Notes: generated from the sequence alone by a model not told the origin. Shown: positions 16,996-26,532, numbered from the stretch's first letter. The stretch is DNA of 64,000 nucleotides from an uncultured Gammaproteobacteria bacterium (GCA_964518425.1 CAZFGG010000003.1:9634-73633), one strand, 5' to 3'. Translations and numbers: made by a program.

Positions 16996-18361
16996 ATACT
17001 AATCCGCTCGCAGCGGTCAAGGCAAACGGAAGGTACACCAATGACCACGGCCAGGCGGCGGCGGTCGTGATCACGCCGAGCACTATTCTGAGCACAGCGT
17101 CGGTCACCGCAATCACCGGCGTTGCCAACACTGGAATCATCAGACCGACCAAACAGAGCGTTCCTAGGCCCATGGCCAAGGGAATCAGAGGCAAAACAAG
17201 AATGTTTACGAACGATGCAGTCAATGATAACCGTCCGAATTGCCAGAGCAATAGCGGTTCAGTCGTAATGATTGCGGCGAGCGTCGTGGCTAAGTTATCG
17301 CGCAGCCCGAAAATTTCGGGGATGAAGGGCAACTGCTGAGCAAGTGGTTTTGACATGAAGACGAGGCCAATGGTCGCTAGAAACGACAACTGAAAACCCA
17401 GGTCGTGAAGCAGAATCAGCGGGTTCTGCAGCAGCATAATCAGGGCGGTATACGATAACAACCGCGCCGGATGAATCGGCCGACCGAAGAACATGCCGAC
17501 TTGGCCGATGACCGCCATGACCGCCGCCCGGACAACCGACGCTGAAGCGCCGGTCATAACGACAAACAGCAAGACGATGAGCAATCCGGGAATCCAGGCC
17601 CACCGTCGTCCGACTACGCGCACGAGCACGACCATGACGCTGTTGACGATGATCGTCACATTGAATCCCGATAGGGCAATAATGTGCGTTGTGCCGGTGG
17701 CTTGAAAGGCGCGGACGAGTTCGGCCGGCATTCCTGTTTGATTGCCGAGGATAATACCGGACAAAAGTGACGCCTGAGGTTCGTTGAAATTGTAGCGAAT
17801 GAAGTCCACTACCGATGCTTCCGTGTTTGTCAGCCATCGGCGAAGCGATGGCGGGCCGGAAGTGCTGGCCATGACTACCGCATTGAAACAACGACCCTGA
17901 ATTCCGTGCGACCATTGTCGCCATTTGGCTCGAGCGGAAAACGCTTCCAGCTGGCAAGACACGGTGAGCTGCTGGCCGCCCAGGTACTCTGGAAACGGCG
18001 GCAGACTAGCCTGGAGTCGTCCGGTCAGTTGTTCGTTACCACGACGGAGTCCTCGAAGAACAACGACCTGTTGATCGCTGTCATCCGGCAACCCAACAAT
18101 ATCGCCGGTCAGGGTCATGTGCTGACCAATATGCGTCGCCAGACCACTCACCGGCACAGCCGTCATTGTTTGCCACCGCCACACGCCGAATCCAAGACCC
18201 AAGAGAATGAGGGCCGGCAGGCGTGTTCCCCGCCAGGATAGACAAACGCATGAGATGGCCAGCGCACTCCCAACCATGGCTACCGGCGCAGCCCAAAGCT
18301 CGGCCAGGCAAATCCCGCCGCAAAAACCAATCAGGAATGAAAACAAAAATGACCGACGCAT
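16934..18361 (-). CDS. comEC: ComEC/Rec2 DNA-uptake channel, membrane (DUF4131 + Competence) domains
   Basis: 475 aa polytopic; TGTTHIIALSGFNVTII matches the ComEC competence-domain motif. Confidence 0.75.
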   Translation of the reverse strand: MRRSFLFSFLIGFCGGICLAELWAAPVAMVGSALAISCVCLSWRGTRLPALILLGLGFGVWRWQTMTAVPVSGLATHIGQHMTLTGDIVGLPDDSDQQVVVLRGLRRGNEQLTGRLQASLPPFPEYLGGQQLTVSCQLEAFSARAKWRQWSHGIQGRCFNAVVMASTSGPPSLRRWLTNTEASVVDFIRYNFNEPQASLLSGIILGNQTGMPAELVRAFQATGTTHIIALSGFNVTIIVNSVMVVLVRVVGRRWAWIPGLLIVLLFVVMTGASASVVRAAVMAVIGQVGMFFGRPIHPARLLSYTALIMLLQNPLILLHDLGFQLSFLATIGLVFMSKPLAQQLPFIPEIFGLRDNLATTLAAIITTEPLLLWQFGRLSLTASFVNILVLPLIPLAMGLGTLCLVGLMIPVLATPVIAVTDAVLRIVLGVITTAAAWPWSLVYLPFALTAASGLVFVALAAALLRHTHASENFPA

Positions 18362-18423
18362 AGACGCGATTCGGCCACCAACTTGTCGACGTGAACCTAG
18401 CTTAGAATTACTGCTTTGTCAAG

Positions 18424-19543
18424 TTAGACTTTGTCATCACTCCCGGCAACTTTAGGGCGGCCTGCCTTGACCCATCGCAAGTAGGCCTCCATAAACGGCA
18501 GGAGGTCGCCATTCAACACCTGATCGACCTGCGACGTTTCCTGCTTGGTCCGATGATCTTTGACCATCCGATAGGGCTGTAAAACGTACGACCGAATTTG
18601 ATTTCCCCAGGCCGCTTCGTGGTATTCCCCACGCAGTTTTGATTTTTCATCGGCCCGTTTTTGCAACTCAAGTTGATGAAGTTTCGCCTTAAGAATTTTC
18701 ATGGCTGTCTCCTTATTCTGCGTCTGCGATCGCTCATTCTGGACGGAGACCATAATCTTCGTCGGCAAATGGACCACCCGAACAGCCGAGTACGTTGTCT
18801 GGACGCTTTGTCCGCCATGTCCAGACGACAAGAACGTATCAATACGTAAATCTTTCGGATCGATGATTATCGACTCAATCTCTTCAAGCTCTGGCAAGAC
18901 TTCGACCAGGGCGAAGGACGTATGTCGCATTTTTTCCGCGTCAAACGGTGAGATACGGACGAGGCGATGAACACCAGCTTCGGACTTGAGATAGCCGTAG
19001 GCCAGTCGCCCTTGAACCTCAAACGTTATGCTCTTAATCCCCGCTTCTTGGGCGCGGGATTCATCGACGACTTTGGTCTTCCACCCGCGCTGCTCACAGA
19101 ATCGCAGCAGCATCCGCGACAACATCTCCGCCCAGTCCATGGCGTCCGTTCCACCGGTGCCAGCGTGAATACTGACGATCGCATTGGCTTCGTCGTGCTC
19201 ATCGCCGAGAAGTAACAAAAATTCCAGTTGCCGGTACTGGTCCTCAAGTTCAGCGACATGCTTTTCAACTTCGGGCCGCTGGGATTCCTCGGCCATGCCA
19301 GCTAACTCAATCCACGATTGAACTTCTTTTTCTATCTTCTCCCAAGACCCAACTTCATCTTTCAGCTCTTTCAAGAGGCGGCTCTTCGTTTCGGCGGTGG
19401 CCCGGTCAGCCCAAAACTCCGGCTGGCTCATCGCCTCCTCGAGCTCCCCTATCTGTTGTCGTTTTTGATCGAGGTCAAAGTAAGCCCCGTGCCGAAGCGA
19501 TCTTCGTACGGAGCGTCTCCAGTTTTCTGACCAGGTCGTTCAT
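18424..19543 (-). CDS. prfB: Peptide chain release factor 2, with a programmed +1 frameshift
   Basis: Frame 0: ATG at 19543, MNDLVRKLETLRTKIASARGLL then TGA. Continues in the +1 frame (DLDQKRQQIGELEEAMSQPEFW...); SPF and GGQ motifs. Confidence 0.9.
19474..19480 (-). other. RF2 +1 ribosomal frameshift site CUU UGA C
   Basis: Canonical heptamer CTTTGAC preceded by an SD-like GGGGC, 3 nt upstream. Confidence 0.85.
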
Positions 19544-19738
19544 GAGAGTAACTCTACAGTATTATGTTTGGGTTGTCGATATTGTCGCGACGCATCACCG
19601 TTTCTAACAAAAATCCGTGGCTCGCCGATTTATCGACTTTGATGAGAGCCCATGAATGGGCAAGTTACGTATCAACCAACCGTCGCCTCGTCCTTCGTCC
19701 TACTTCGCTTGCCCAGTACTACAACGCAGTCGTTAGTG

Positions 19739-20857
19739 CTAGGTGAAGGTGAAGGTGGAAAGAATGGTTTTGGGTACAGTGGAAGAATCGGAGCCAGCCC
19801 GTAAGAGAATGTTTCTTTCACCCGTCCAACTAGTCGGTGGTGTGCTGAATTTAATGGTAGTGGCGGGTGAACAGGATGTGCAGTTGGCTGAAGAAACAAC
19901 GGTCCAATCGCTTTGAGTGGCCATCTTATTGCCGACAGTTACTTGCGAGGTTGTGGCTGTATATTGAGCATCTTGGGTCACGAGACAACCCTGGCTAGTC
20001 GGACACACTTCAAATAAAATATTGGAGTTAGCCGGATCCGTTACTAACGCATACTCGGTTCCAAACACATTCTTTGGATCATCCGCGTGGGCGGTTTGCA
20101 AACTCCAATTCGATGGGTACTTGAACGAATACCCATACTTCGTATCAGTATACGTCTTCCACCCGGCGGTGGGATCGGTGATAACTAACGTCGACAGAAT
20201 AATTCGAAGTGTTTCGATGTCAGCCGATGTCTTTGGTTCAGAAGTAATGTTGTTGTTGGCAGTCCATCCATTCATACGATACGTTGTTAGGACGTAATAG
20301 TCGTAGTTAGGAAGATTTGTAGCCCCTAAATTCTTCCGTACGGTTTTCTTGGCTACCTGCCCAGCCAGCGTCACAGTTTCGGTGGAAATCACATTGCTAT
20401 CGTCTGTCGTTGACCCATCTGGGATAACGTAGAATAAAGACTTTGTTGTCGGCGCGGTTACCCCTGCGCCTACTGACAATGCGGGCTTTGTATCTAACGT
20501 CCAATTTGTCGGATACTTGAAAGAGAAGCCATGTGTCGAATCCGTATACGTCTTCCAATCCGCCGTTGCATCAACATCCCCGTGCGTCGGGCCGATGTTA
20601 GCATTTTGCTGATCTTCTTGGGGCGTTAGTTCGGGACTATTGGTGTTGTAGATTGGGGTGTTTACCACCTGCCCGGTATTCGTGTTCGCGGTGTTCTCCA
20701 CCTTCGTTGACCATGGCCATTTCAGCCCCGGCGAGACTGCCCAAGCGATAACGAAAATAAAAGCCGCCACGGCAAAGGCCATTACAGCGATGGGGAGAAT
20801 GGAGGCACGACGCATAGGGTTTGTTGTTATTTCTGCGGTGGATAAAGTATAGCACAA
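19739..20857 (-). CDS. Secreted protein of the conserved-leader family with two tandem about 110-aa domains
   Basis: Leader SILPIAVMAFAVAAFIFVIAWAVSPGLKWPWST; duplicated GWKTYTD..G(F/Y)SFKYP(T/S)NW(T/S)L domains. Confidence 0.55.
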   Translation of the reverse strand: MCYTLSTAEITTNPMRRASILPIAVMAFAVAAFIFVIAWAVSPGLKWPWSTKVENTANTNTGQVVNTPIYNTNSPELTPQEDQQNANIGPTHGDVDATADWKTYTDSTHGFSFKYPTNWTLDTKPALSVGAGVTAPTTKSLFYVIPDGSTTDDSNVISTETVTLAGQVAKKTVRKNLGATNLPNYDYYVLTTYRMNGWTANNNITSEPKTSADIETLRIILSTLVITDPTAGWKTYTDTKYGYSFKYPSNWSLQTAHADDPKNVFGTEYALVTDPANSNILFEVCPTSQGCLVTQDAQYTATTSQVTVGNKMATQSDWTVVSSANCTSCSPATTIKFSTPPTSWTGERNILLRAGSDSSTVPKTILSTFTFT

Positions 20858-20908
20858 AATATCAGCCCCTCCCCTGAATTCAGGGGAGGGGCTTGGGGTG
20901 GGGCGAGA

Positions 20909-22099
20909 TCACTTCCGCTCTTCCAACTTCACCGACACATCCTTCGCCTTGCCAGCGTGATAAACCTTCAGGGTGATGGTATCACCGGCGTTATAGCGAT
21001 TGAGGAGTCCAGTCAGCGTATGCTCGGTATCAATGTCCGTTCCATTCACGGAGACGATAATGTCGTTCACAACCAACCCCGCCTTCTCGGCTGGCGAACC
21101 AGAAACGACGGCTGGGCTATTGGTCGTGTCGTCAGCTTGGATCAAGGCCCCATGATTCACCGGTAATTTATTATTGTCGGCCAAGGCTTGTGTCACGACG
21201 ACGTAGCGGACACCAAGGAATGGTTTCACGATGTGTCCAACCTGCGTGACGCTGTCCAGATCGCGTTTGACGACGTTGACCGGAATGGCAAATCCAATCA
21301 ATTGCCCAGACTGGTTAACGGCCGTATTCATACCAACCACGTGCCCGGCTAAGTTCAGTAGTGGTCCGCCGGAGTTACCAGGGTTAATAGCTGCATCCGT
21401 TTGGAAAACATCTTCGAGCGTTTCCGTCTGGCCGTTTGAGTCGCCAGCCGTGATGGTCCGGGATTTACCTGATATGATCCCTTTGGTCACGGTGTTGCGG
21501 TATTCGCCCAAGGCGTTGCCGATGGCGATAACGCTCTCGCCAATTTGCACCTTATCGGAGTCATCGAACTGCAAAGTTGGCAAATTCGAGGCTTCAATTT
21601 TCACGACTGCCACATCGTTGGACGGGTCCTTAGCTAATACTTTGGCGTCGTATCGTTTGCCGTCATTCATAACAACCGTGTAACTGGCTTGATCGTCGTC
21701 GACGACGTGCTTATTGGTAATGATCGTGCCGTCGGACTTGGCAATAAATCCGCTCCCGCCACCGATCTCCTGCACGCCTGATTGGGGTTGCTGCGGAAGG
21801 CCAAAAAAATTATCAAACGGCGACGCTGGCTGTTGGCCGTAAATCTTGGAGAAGTCTTTAGAGATAATAATGCTCACCACGGCTGGATCGGCGGCTTTGA
21901 CAACATCAACAGTAGCCGAGTCTTCTTGGACCGCGAGGGTCTGGGTTTTTGTGCTCGTTCCACTGGCTGAGGTGGTTGTCGAGCTCATCGGACTGGCTAA
22001 TCGATAGCCAAACGCACCGCCAATCAAACCACCGGCGACAGCCGCAATCAGCAAGCTCAGACCAAGTGTTGACCGAGGGTTTGTCGTGGGTTCATTCAT
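20909..22099 (-). CDS. HtrA/DegP-family serine protease (trypsin-like S1C + PDZ)
   Basis: GNSGGPLLNLAGHVVGMNTA catalytic Ser motif; C-terminal PDZ (GLVVNDIIVSVNG); N-terminal TM anchor. Confidence 0.85.
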   Translation of the reverse strand: MNEPTTNPRSTLGLSLLIAAVAGGLIGGAFGYRLASPMSSTTTSASGTSTKTQTLAVQEDSATVDVVKAADPAVVSIIISKDFSKIYGQQPASPFDNFFGLPQQPQSGVQEIGGGSGFIAKSDGTIITNKHVVDDDQASYTVVMNDGKRYDAKVLAKDPSNDVAVVKIEASNLPTLQFDDSDKVQIGESVIAIGNALGEYRNTVTKGIISGKSRTITAGDSNGQTETLEDVFQTDAAINPGNSGGPLLNLAGHVVGMNTAVNQSGQLIGFAIPVNVVKRDLDSVTQVGHIVKPFLGVRYVVVTQALADNNKLPVNHGALIQADDTTNSPAVVSGSPAEKAGLVVNDIIVSVNGTDIDTEHTLTGLLNRYNAGDTITLKVYHAGKAKDVSVKLEERK

Positions 22100-22188
22100 A
22101 GAGATATCATCCTTTCTACTACAGTATGTAGTAGATGAATTCCCATGTCAACTGGCTGTTGGGATAGGGCGTCCAGCGGAGCCTGGGC

Positions 22189-22764
22189 TTACTGGATGGT
22201 AAAGACCGATGACACGACAGTCGGCGCGTTCTCCACCTGCCAATCCCCTTCGCTGGGGGCCTTGGTCATGGCCAGGTACTTCGCGGCGAAACGATAGGTC
22301 CCGGATGGAGCATTCATGACGACGTTGCCGAGTTGAGGTCCGGGGACTTGGGTATTCCATTGTGCTGTTTTGATCGTGTGACGGGTGAACGTCTCTTGAC
22401 CGAAGTGCGTTGTCGAGCAGGTTTCTTTGCTCAACGGAACGGCCATCCAGGTTTCTCCATCGCTCTGCAACTGTTGAACTTGCCACCAGCTATCGCTACA
22501 ACCGTCCGCGTGCTCGGTCAGCCAAATTGGTTTCCGACTATCGTTGCGCAAGGCAAGTAAAACCGTGTCTCCGGCCCGATAGACCTCTTTATCGATTTGG
22601 AATTTCAATCGTACCGACGACGTCATCACACTGGCTGGGTGGTCGAGGCTATCAGCCCCAGCTGTCGTGATTCTCGATTGCAGAACAAGAATGGCCAAGA
22701 CGCCCCAACCGACAATCAGTCCCAAGGAAATAGGGATGCTAACCCGCTTCGTAACGCCCATCAT
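22189..22764 (-). CDS. Hypothetical N-terminally anchored secreted protein
   Basis: 191-aa ORF with N-terminal TM; 4-nt overlap with the upstream gene. Confidence 0.35.
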   Translation of the reverse strand: MMGVTKRVSIPISLGLIVGWGVLAILVLQSRITTAGADSLDHPASVMTSSVRLKFQIDKEVYRAGDTVLLALRNDSRKPIWLTEHADGCSDSWWQVQQLQSDGETWMAVPLSKETCSTTHFGQETFTRHTIKTAQWNTQVPGPQLGNVVMNAPSGTYRFAAKYLAMTKAPSEGDWQVENAPTVVSSVFTIQ

Positions 22765-23705
22765 GATGATTGGAGGAGAGTTGATAAGGATACCGGCGTG
22801 TAGCCCTTAGCTTTCAGGTCAGTCAGCAATCCCGGGAGGAACTGCGGAGTAATATCATAGCCGGCATGGAGCAAAATAATTGCCCCAGGTTCAAGTTTAT
22901 CGAGGACACGCTGCTTCGCTTGGTCAGCCGTGACGCCATCTTTCCAATCAAAGGCATCAACCGACCAGGTCACGACGCAGTACCCAGCGGCCTTGGCGGC
23001 CGCTACGACGGCAGCGTTGGTCGCGCCAAAGGGCGGCCGGACAAGTGGTTTTGAACTCTGATTGGTCGCGTTACTAATGCTTTGGTCGGCCGACGCCAGC
23101 GATGCAGTAACCTCCTCGGGTGTGAGCGTCGTGAGATCAACGCTTTTTGCGCCATGGTTGTAGATCGCGTAGCCGGCGGAGGACACTGATTTTAGGAAGT
23201 CCGCATGGGCGTCGGCGAACGTCCCGGTGCTAAAGAAGCTGGCGGCAACTTTTTGCTGTTGTATCAGGGTCAGCACCTGCTTGGCTTGATCGTTGGCGGC
23301 GGACAGGTCAAACGTCAGCGCCACGTTCTTCTTCGTTCCGAATTGTCCAATCACACCACTACAACTATCAACCGAAAAATTCGTCCATGCTTCAGAAGTT
23401 GTCACCGAGGTGTTCGTGTTGCTATTGGTCGTCGCGACATTAACGTTCACGGACGAATTTTCGTTCAGCAGGGCAATGTCGACGGAATTGGAATTTTTTG
23501 ACGCGGCGTGGGTTGAAGGCTTCTTATGACCAAAAACCGCTCGTCCAATCAGAACGACAACCAGAATGGTCACGAGCGCGCCAAGCCAGCGCCGCCACGG
23601 GAGTGGGGACGAAGCATGACGAGGTTGGTACCGGCGAAAATCACTCATGAATAGCGACGGTTGCGCGCCGCCGTGAGTATACCACAGCCAATTGGTACAG
23701 GCCAA
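22761..23705 (-). CDS. Polysaccharide deacetylase (CE4/NodB homology) family, membrane-anchored
   Basis: RPPFGATN (RxPF), DAFDWKDG (DxxDW) and IILLHAGYD motifs. TFDLS and NHG are divergent at the metal-binding positions. Confidence 0.65.
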   Translation of the reverse strand: MACTNWLWYTHGGAQPSLFMSDFRRYQPRHASSPLPWRRWLGALVTILVVVLIGRAVFGHKKPSTHAASKNSNSVDIALLNENSSVNVNVATTNSNTNTSVTTSEAWTNFSVDSCSGVIGQFGTKKNVALTFDLSAANDQAKQVLTLIQQQKVAASFFSTGTFADAHADFLKSVSSAGYAIYNHGAKSVDLTTLTPEEVTASLASADQSISNATNQSSKPLVRPPFGATNAAVVAAAKAAGYCVVTWSVDAFDWKDGVTADQAKQRVLDKLEPGAIILLHAGYDITPQFLPGLLTDLKAKGYTPVSLSTLLQSS

Positions 23706-24198
23706 AGAAGAGCCCTGTATACCCTAGGTCGCCGAGAACGGTGTTGCGGAAAAACGGTAAGCCAGCGATATACGACTGGCCGAGGCCAGCCAGCGTGCGC
23801 ACATAGATGGTTCCAAAAGCCCAGACGGCCGCGTTCGTCACCAGGTAAAACAATGCTGAGCCAGCCAGGCTGGCGAGGATTAAGCGAGCGGTGGTGAGTC
23901 GCCGGGATAGCCACCGCCCAAGGGCGTAGCTAGCGGCGAAACTGGCGTAGATGCTGATTGTGATCGGCAGGAGGTCAAAACCAATGATCGTGTCGGCCAC
24001 GAGCATCAGTCCCAAGGGGACAACCAGGGCATATTTTCGCGGTAACGCGACGGCGCTGAGCATGGCCAGGGCGCTGACCGGAGCGATGTTCGGAGGCAAT
24101 GGCAGATAGCCAAAATGCCGGGTCACCCGCAAACCAGCGCCGATAATGATCAGCCCAATCGCGTACCAGGTCGTGAATGACCAACGTTTCATTCCCAT
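23641..24198 (-). CDS. Small polytopic membrane protein, possibly an ECF-type substrate-capture (S) component
   Basis: 185 aa, about 5-6 TM helices, the size and topology of ECF S components. Immediately downstream of two DUF4430 genes and cobO. Confidence 0.35.
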   Translation of the reverse strand: MGMKRWSFTTWYAIGLIIIGAGLRVTRHFGYLPLPPNIAPVSALAMLSAVALPRKYALVVPLGLMLVADTIIGFDLLPITISIYASFAASYALGRWLSRRLTTARLILASLAGSALFYLVTNAAVWAFGTIYVRTLAGLGQSYIAGLPFFRNTVLGDLGYTGLFFGLYQLAVVYSRRRATVAIHE

Positions 24199-24992
24199 GT
24201 GACGGTCAGCGTGTCGCCCTGACTGAGACTCGTTGAGCTCAAGTCATTGACCGCCGTCCCATTCAGCTCGACAACCCATTGCCCAGTAGCGTCGTTGGGC
24301 TGATGCAAGAACGAAGCCAGGTATATTGATGCTCCCCGGCTGACATAGGTCAATGACCCGTGGAGAGCGCTGGCCGACCGGGCCAGGGCTTCAGTCACGG
24401 TCCCGCTGGCGACCGTCGTGGTGACTGTCGTTTCGCTGGTCGGTTGACGAACAGTCACGCTGACGCTTAAGGGTTGACTGGTCTTCAATCCAAGAATCTT
24501 TCCCGATGATTCGCCTGGCAAAGTAGATGGGCTGGTTGAACGCGTGACAAAACCGGCAATGGAAACCAAGGCGACCGCCGTCAGTACCCCCACCATCGGC
24601 AAGAATCGTGACCGAGCCTGAATTAACTCGGGCGGCGCGATGAGCGGACGGGAAGAGGGGGTCGGCCCAACCTTGAGTACTGGTTGGTGGATCGCCTCGG
24701 CGTAAACAGTCTTCTCGGCTACCGCTAGCGCCGCCGGTCGGATCAAGCTCCGAAGGGCAGTCGAAACTGGGACTGCACGCTCCCCGCCCATCTTCTTGGC
24801 AGAAGTGGTTGTGGTGGACCGGCGGACTGACCGCTTCGTCGAATGAGAACTTTTCCGGCGACCCGCCGGACCTGAAGCCTTAGAAGGCTTCAAGCTTCCA
24901 CTCGATGGTATCCGTGTTCTTGGTTTGGTAGTCTTTCGCACCGACTTCAGCTTGTTTGCCATTAACGTAGAATGACCAATATTGGTGATCAC
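24189..24992 (-). CDS. DUF4430-domain protein (transcobalamin-beta-like fold), N-terminal basic/Ser-Thr-rich region and TM anchor
   Basis: C-terminal GQWVVELNGTAVNDLSSTSLSQGDTLTVTWE matches the DUF4430 signature (W.F.VNG...GD.I.W). The true start is probably internal, since the long ORF overlaps the upstream gene by 113 nt. Confidence 0.55.
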   Translation of the reverse strand: MITNIGHSTLMANKLKSVRKTTKPRTRIPSSGSLKPSKASGPAGRRKSSHSTKRSVRRSTTTTSAKKMGGERAVPVSTALRSLIRPAALAVAEKTVYAEAIHQPVLKVGPTPSSRPLIAPPELIQARSRFLPMVGVLTAVALVSIAGFVTRSTSPSTLPGESSGKILGLKTSQPLSVSVTVRQPTSETTVTTTVASGTVTEALARSASALHGSLTYVSRGASIYLASFLHQPNDATGQWVVELNGTAVNDLSSTSLSQGDTLTVTWE

Positions 24993-25260
24993 CGGGTTTC
25001 ACGCCGTCGATAGCGTTGACGAATCCGGCGGTCGAGACATCGACCGTGTGTGTAGACTTGAGCAAGTCTAAAGCATTTTTGCCAGTTTGACCAGGGTAGC
25101 GGTGACAGCTATCAGTCTCGGTCGGACATTTGACGACAACCTGGGCACTGGTATTCGTGTGAACGACTGTATTGGCATTATAGGTCTGCGTCAGACTGCA
25201 TGAAGCGCCGGTTAGGCTCAGGGTGACCAGGACCGCCAGAAGTAGTTTTTTTTGATGCAT
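24880..25260 (-). CDS. DUF4430-domain secreted/lipoprotein-like protein
   Basis: Signal peptide; KNALDLLKSTHTVDVSTAGFVNAIDGVKPGDHQYWSFYVNGKQAEVGAKDYQTKNTDTIEWKLEAF, a strong DUF4430 pattern. Confidence 0.65.
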   Translation of the reverse strand: MHQKKLLLAVLVTLSLTGASCSLTQTYNANTVVHTNTSAQVVVKCPTETDSCHRYPGQTGKNALDLLKSTHTVDVSTAGFVNAIDGVKPGDHQYWSFYVNGKQAEVGAKDYQTKNTDTIEWKLEAF

Positions 25261-25299
25261 AAGATGTTGGTGGGTTATGAATAAATCCCCGCCAACGTG

Positions 25300-25510
25300 T
25301 TGTAGCAGGTATTTTCTGTCATGGTTCGACTACCCGCTTCGCGGGCCTCGCCTCCGGCGAGGGCTCACCATGACATTGAATACTAGCCTTTCCACGAAGG
25401 TCTTGTCTTTATCCATCATTCGACGGTGATGGAAAGGTGTCCGATTGTACGGTGGCGGGACCATCCCGGAATTGCGCCGGGTTACCTACAAACAGTGTAA
25501 ATGTCCGCTA
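25300..25510 (-). promoter_or_regulatory. Candidate cobalamin riboswitch in the 265-nt leader of the DUF4430 operon
   Basis: Minus-strand GGUAACCCGGCGCAAUUCCGGGAUGGUCCCGCCACCGUACAAUCGG resembles the B12-element core (GGGAAn-CGGUGnnAAUCCnG ... CCCGCnACUGUnA), with several mismatches. Followed by GC-rich hairpins (CCUCGCC-GGA-GGCGAGG; CCCGC-GAA-GCGGG). Confidence 0.35.
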
Positions 25511-25525
25511 TCAGGGTGTCAACCA

Positions 25526-26170
25526 CTAATAATCCAATCCCCTGGTCGCAATAATCCCCTGGTAGTAGGGGTGCTTGATCATTTTCATCTCTGTCACGAG
25601 GTCTGCGTATTTCAGCATCCACGGAATTTTTTTGTGTCCGGTCCAGATGAGGTGGATATTCTTGGCTTGCTTGTCTTTCCGTCGGTCCTTCAGAAATTGT
25701 TCAACGGGTTTGCGTTCCAACAACTTTTCCTCAACCGCTGATCCGAGTTCGTCGAGAATAACGAGTTGGAATCCACCGCGAAAAACTTTTTCCCGGGCGA
25801 CGTCGAGGGCGTGCAAAGCCGCGCCCTTATGTTGCTTTTCGGCTTTACGGTCATTGAGAATCTTGTACCATCCTTCACCCATGACCTGAACTTCAACGCC
25901 AAGTTTTTTCAAGCTCGTCCGCTCCCCGCTCGGCCACTTGGCTTCTTTCATGAACTGTAAAAAAAGCACTCGCCAGCCATACCCAGCGGCCCGAACCGCC
26001 GTCCCGACCGCCGCCGTGGTTTTGCCTTTGCCGTCACCAATATACGCATGGGTCAGGCCGTGGTCAGCGGGACGGAGTTTTTTTGGAGCGCGAGGTGGCA
26101 TACATTCGTCGTCCTGAGGCTTACGAAGGACAATGTTGTCGATCGTGGTTCGAGAACCTCGCCACGACAA
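25526..26170 (-). CDS. cobO: Cob(I)alamin/corrinoid adenosyltransferase (CobA/CobO/BtuR family)
   Basis: IGDGKGKTTAAVGTAVRAAGYGWRVLFLQFMK...GE and QLVILDELG motifs of the BtuR/CobO P-loop family. Confidence 0.75.
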   Translation of the reverse strand: MSWRGSRTTIDNIVLRKPQDDECMPPRAPKKLRPADHGLTHAYIGDGKGKTTAAVGTAVRAAGYGWRVLFLQFMKEAKWPSGERTSLKKLGVEVQVMGEGWYKILNDRKAEKQHKGAALHALDVAREKVFRGGFQLVILDELGSAVEEKLLERKPVEQFLKDRRKDKQAKNIHLIWTGHKKIPWMLKYADLVTEMKMIKHPYYQGIIATRGLDY

Positions 26171-26506
26171 CTAAATTTTTATCTTCTGACTCCACCCATA
26201 CACCAGCGGCAACTGGTACCGTTTCCCCTGCCAGGCCTGGACGAATCCAACCACCATCCCGGCCACCGCCAAGGCCCAAACAATCCAGCCAATAACGGGG
26301 ATGAACCCAAAAACCGAAGCGATCAAGAGGATGACACCCTGTTTAGCGTGGAATTGAACGAACTCGTCGTTCCGTTTCACCACCAACATAATCAAGCTGA
26401 TAATCCAGACATACGACAGGGCGGCCATGATATTCTGGTCGCTCGTCGGCGGGATTTTGTTGATCTCGCTCTTAACATCTTCTTTAACTTTGTTGATGGT
26501 AGGCAT
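26171..26506 (-). CDS. DUF4870-family small membrane protein
   Basis: AALSYVWIISLIMLVV...FVQFHAKQGVILLI pattern typical of DUF4870. Confidence 0.5.
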   Translation of the reverse strand: MPTINKVKEDVKSEINKIPPTSDQNIMAALSYVWIISLIMLVVKRNDEFVQFHAKQGVILLIASVFGFIPVIGWIVWALAVAGMVVGFVQAWQGKRYQLPLVYGWSQKIKI

Positions 26507-26532
26507 AAAATATTCCTTTCGTTAGTAGTATA

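Noticed and set aside
17295-17957. 220-aa minus-strand Arg/Ser-rich ORF inside comEC (alternate frame)
   Set aside because: It overlaps the well-supported ComEC membrane-domain ORF entirely. Its composition is typical of an out-of-frame translation of GC-rich coding DNA.
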